A DNA stretch of 46,646 nt from Omnitrophica bacterium RIFCSPHIGHO2_02_FULL_46_20 (lineage in GTDB: Bacteria > Omnitrophota > Gorgyraeia > 2-01-FULL-45-10). Made by a program: the position numbers and the translations under genes. Shown here in pieces: positions 46,042 to 46,646 of this stretch (positions within the stretch are counted from its first letter, which is position 1; each line of letters begins with the position of its first letter). The stretch covers positions 1 to 46,646 of the forward strand of contig MHFG01000082.1 in the NCBI GenBank assembly GCA_001804065.1, in the 5' to 3' direction. The notes beneath the pieces were generated by a model, which had not been told where the DNA came from, made no database searches, and saw only the letters and a list, made by a program, of their open reading frames with translations.

Positions 46042-46646
46042 TTCCTCGCTGAAAAAAAGGATCACGAGCGCCATTCTCATACTATCGCTAGCCGCGATAA
46101 TAACTTTCTATTTTCCGAATTGGGTGTTTTCTCTTCTCGCATCCTTCATGATAGGCTGCGCATTATGGGAGTTCTTTGGCCTAGCCGAGAAGAAGGGGAT
46201 ATTCGTATATAAATATTTTGGAATATTTGTCGGCATGCTAGTCCCGATTATAATATATTTTCAATTGGGGACAGAGGGATATTTTGCGATGGAACCATTT
46301 TCTATCGTCATAGCGTGCCTTTTGATATTTGTCCTTCTATTCATAAGGCGCGAGAATTCACAATCTCTCGCGAGTGTTGCCGTAACGATGTTCGGCCTTT
46401 TATACATTGCGTGGTTTTTCTCATTCTTTATAAAACTTAAATTTTTGCCTCAAGGAGCGCTTCTAGTATCATTTCTGATACTCGTCACAAAGATGGGAGA
46501 TGTCGGTGCGTATTTTGTCGGCAAATTATTCGGAAAACATAGCCTGATCCTCAGGATAAGCCCGAATAAAACAGTGGAAGGCACGATCGGCGGACTAATG
46601 TTCAGCATAGCCGCCGCTCTACTTGGTAAATTGTATCTTCCGAATT
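46031..46646 (+). CDS. cdsA: Phosphatidate cytidylyltransferase, 3'-truncated by the window end. It is absent from the ORF track because it has no stop codon in the window.
   Basis: My translation from the ATG at 46031 gives MADSSSLKKRITSAILILSLAA... It is multi-TM and contains ISPNKTVEGTIGG (family SPxKTxEG motif). The uppS-cdsA linkage is common. Confidence 0.8.
   Translation, partial: MADSSSLKKRITSAILILSLAAIITFYFPNWVFSLLASFMIGCALWEFFGLAEKKGIFVYKYFGIFVGMLVPIIIYFQLGTEGYFAMEPFSIVIACLLIFVLLFIRRENSQSLASVAVTMFGLLYIAWFFSFFIKLKFLPQGALLVSFLILVTKMGDVGAYFVGKLFGKHSLILRISPNKTVEGTIGGLMFSIAAALLGKLYLPN

Overview
All 45 protein genes I can support lie on the + strand. They form a co-directional block of cell-envelope and housekeeping genes from an AT-leaning, LPS-producing (diderm) bacterium. 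I cannot name the lineage from the sequence alone.

Gene order:
- dcw cluster: murF (5'-truncated)-mraY-murD-ftsW-murG-murC-murB-ddl-ftsQ-ftsA.
- A PilZ (c-di-GMP receptor) gene plus 283 bp of repeat-rich spacer, in the slot where ftsZ normally sits.
- yggS-proC-yggT-mtnP-ileS-dksA/traR-like-lspA.
- A long LPS block: waaA-lpxK-lpxL::ELM1 fusion; GT4::GT9 fusion, GT4, CE4 deacetylase and three more GT9 heptosyltransferase paralogs; an orphan DHS-like gene; hldA-kdsB-kdsA-kdsD-kdsC; a second lpxL-like gene, an lptC/lptA-like lipoprotein and lptB.
- tig-clpP; class-V aminotransferase-serA; an HMGL-family synthase; a secreted Pro-rich protein; purA-uppS-cdsA (3'-truncated).

I see no rRNA, tRNA, CRISPR, transposase/integrase, toxin-antitoxin or recognisable defence genes, so I find no novel multi-protein system here.

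The unusual content is in small insertional or non-coding elements:
1. A 59-nt element is present four times, two of them in tandem. It always abuts a start codon, is bounded by ATGAAA on both sides, and keeps a 20-codon ORF whose TGA overlaps the downstream ATG.
2. A 144-bp GC-rich, stop-free, in-frame palindromic insertion sits after codon 2 of ddl, flanked by a GATAGG duplication.
3. A second repeat family has two inverted copies at operon ends, one carrying a 70-nt GAAA-capped hairpin.
4. The 529-bp leader of the LPS-core glycosyltransferase operon holds a 181-bp inverted-repeat-bounded AT-rich cassette and a 136-nt extended hairpin.

Several ORF-track starts are corrected: ftsA, ileS, dksA-like, lspA, CE4, the third stand-alone GT9, the lpxL-like gene and purA.
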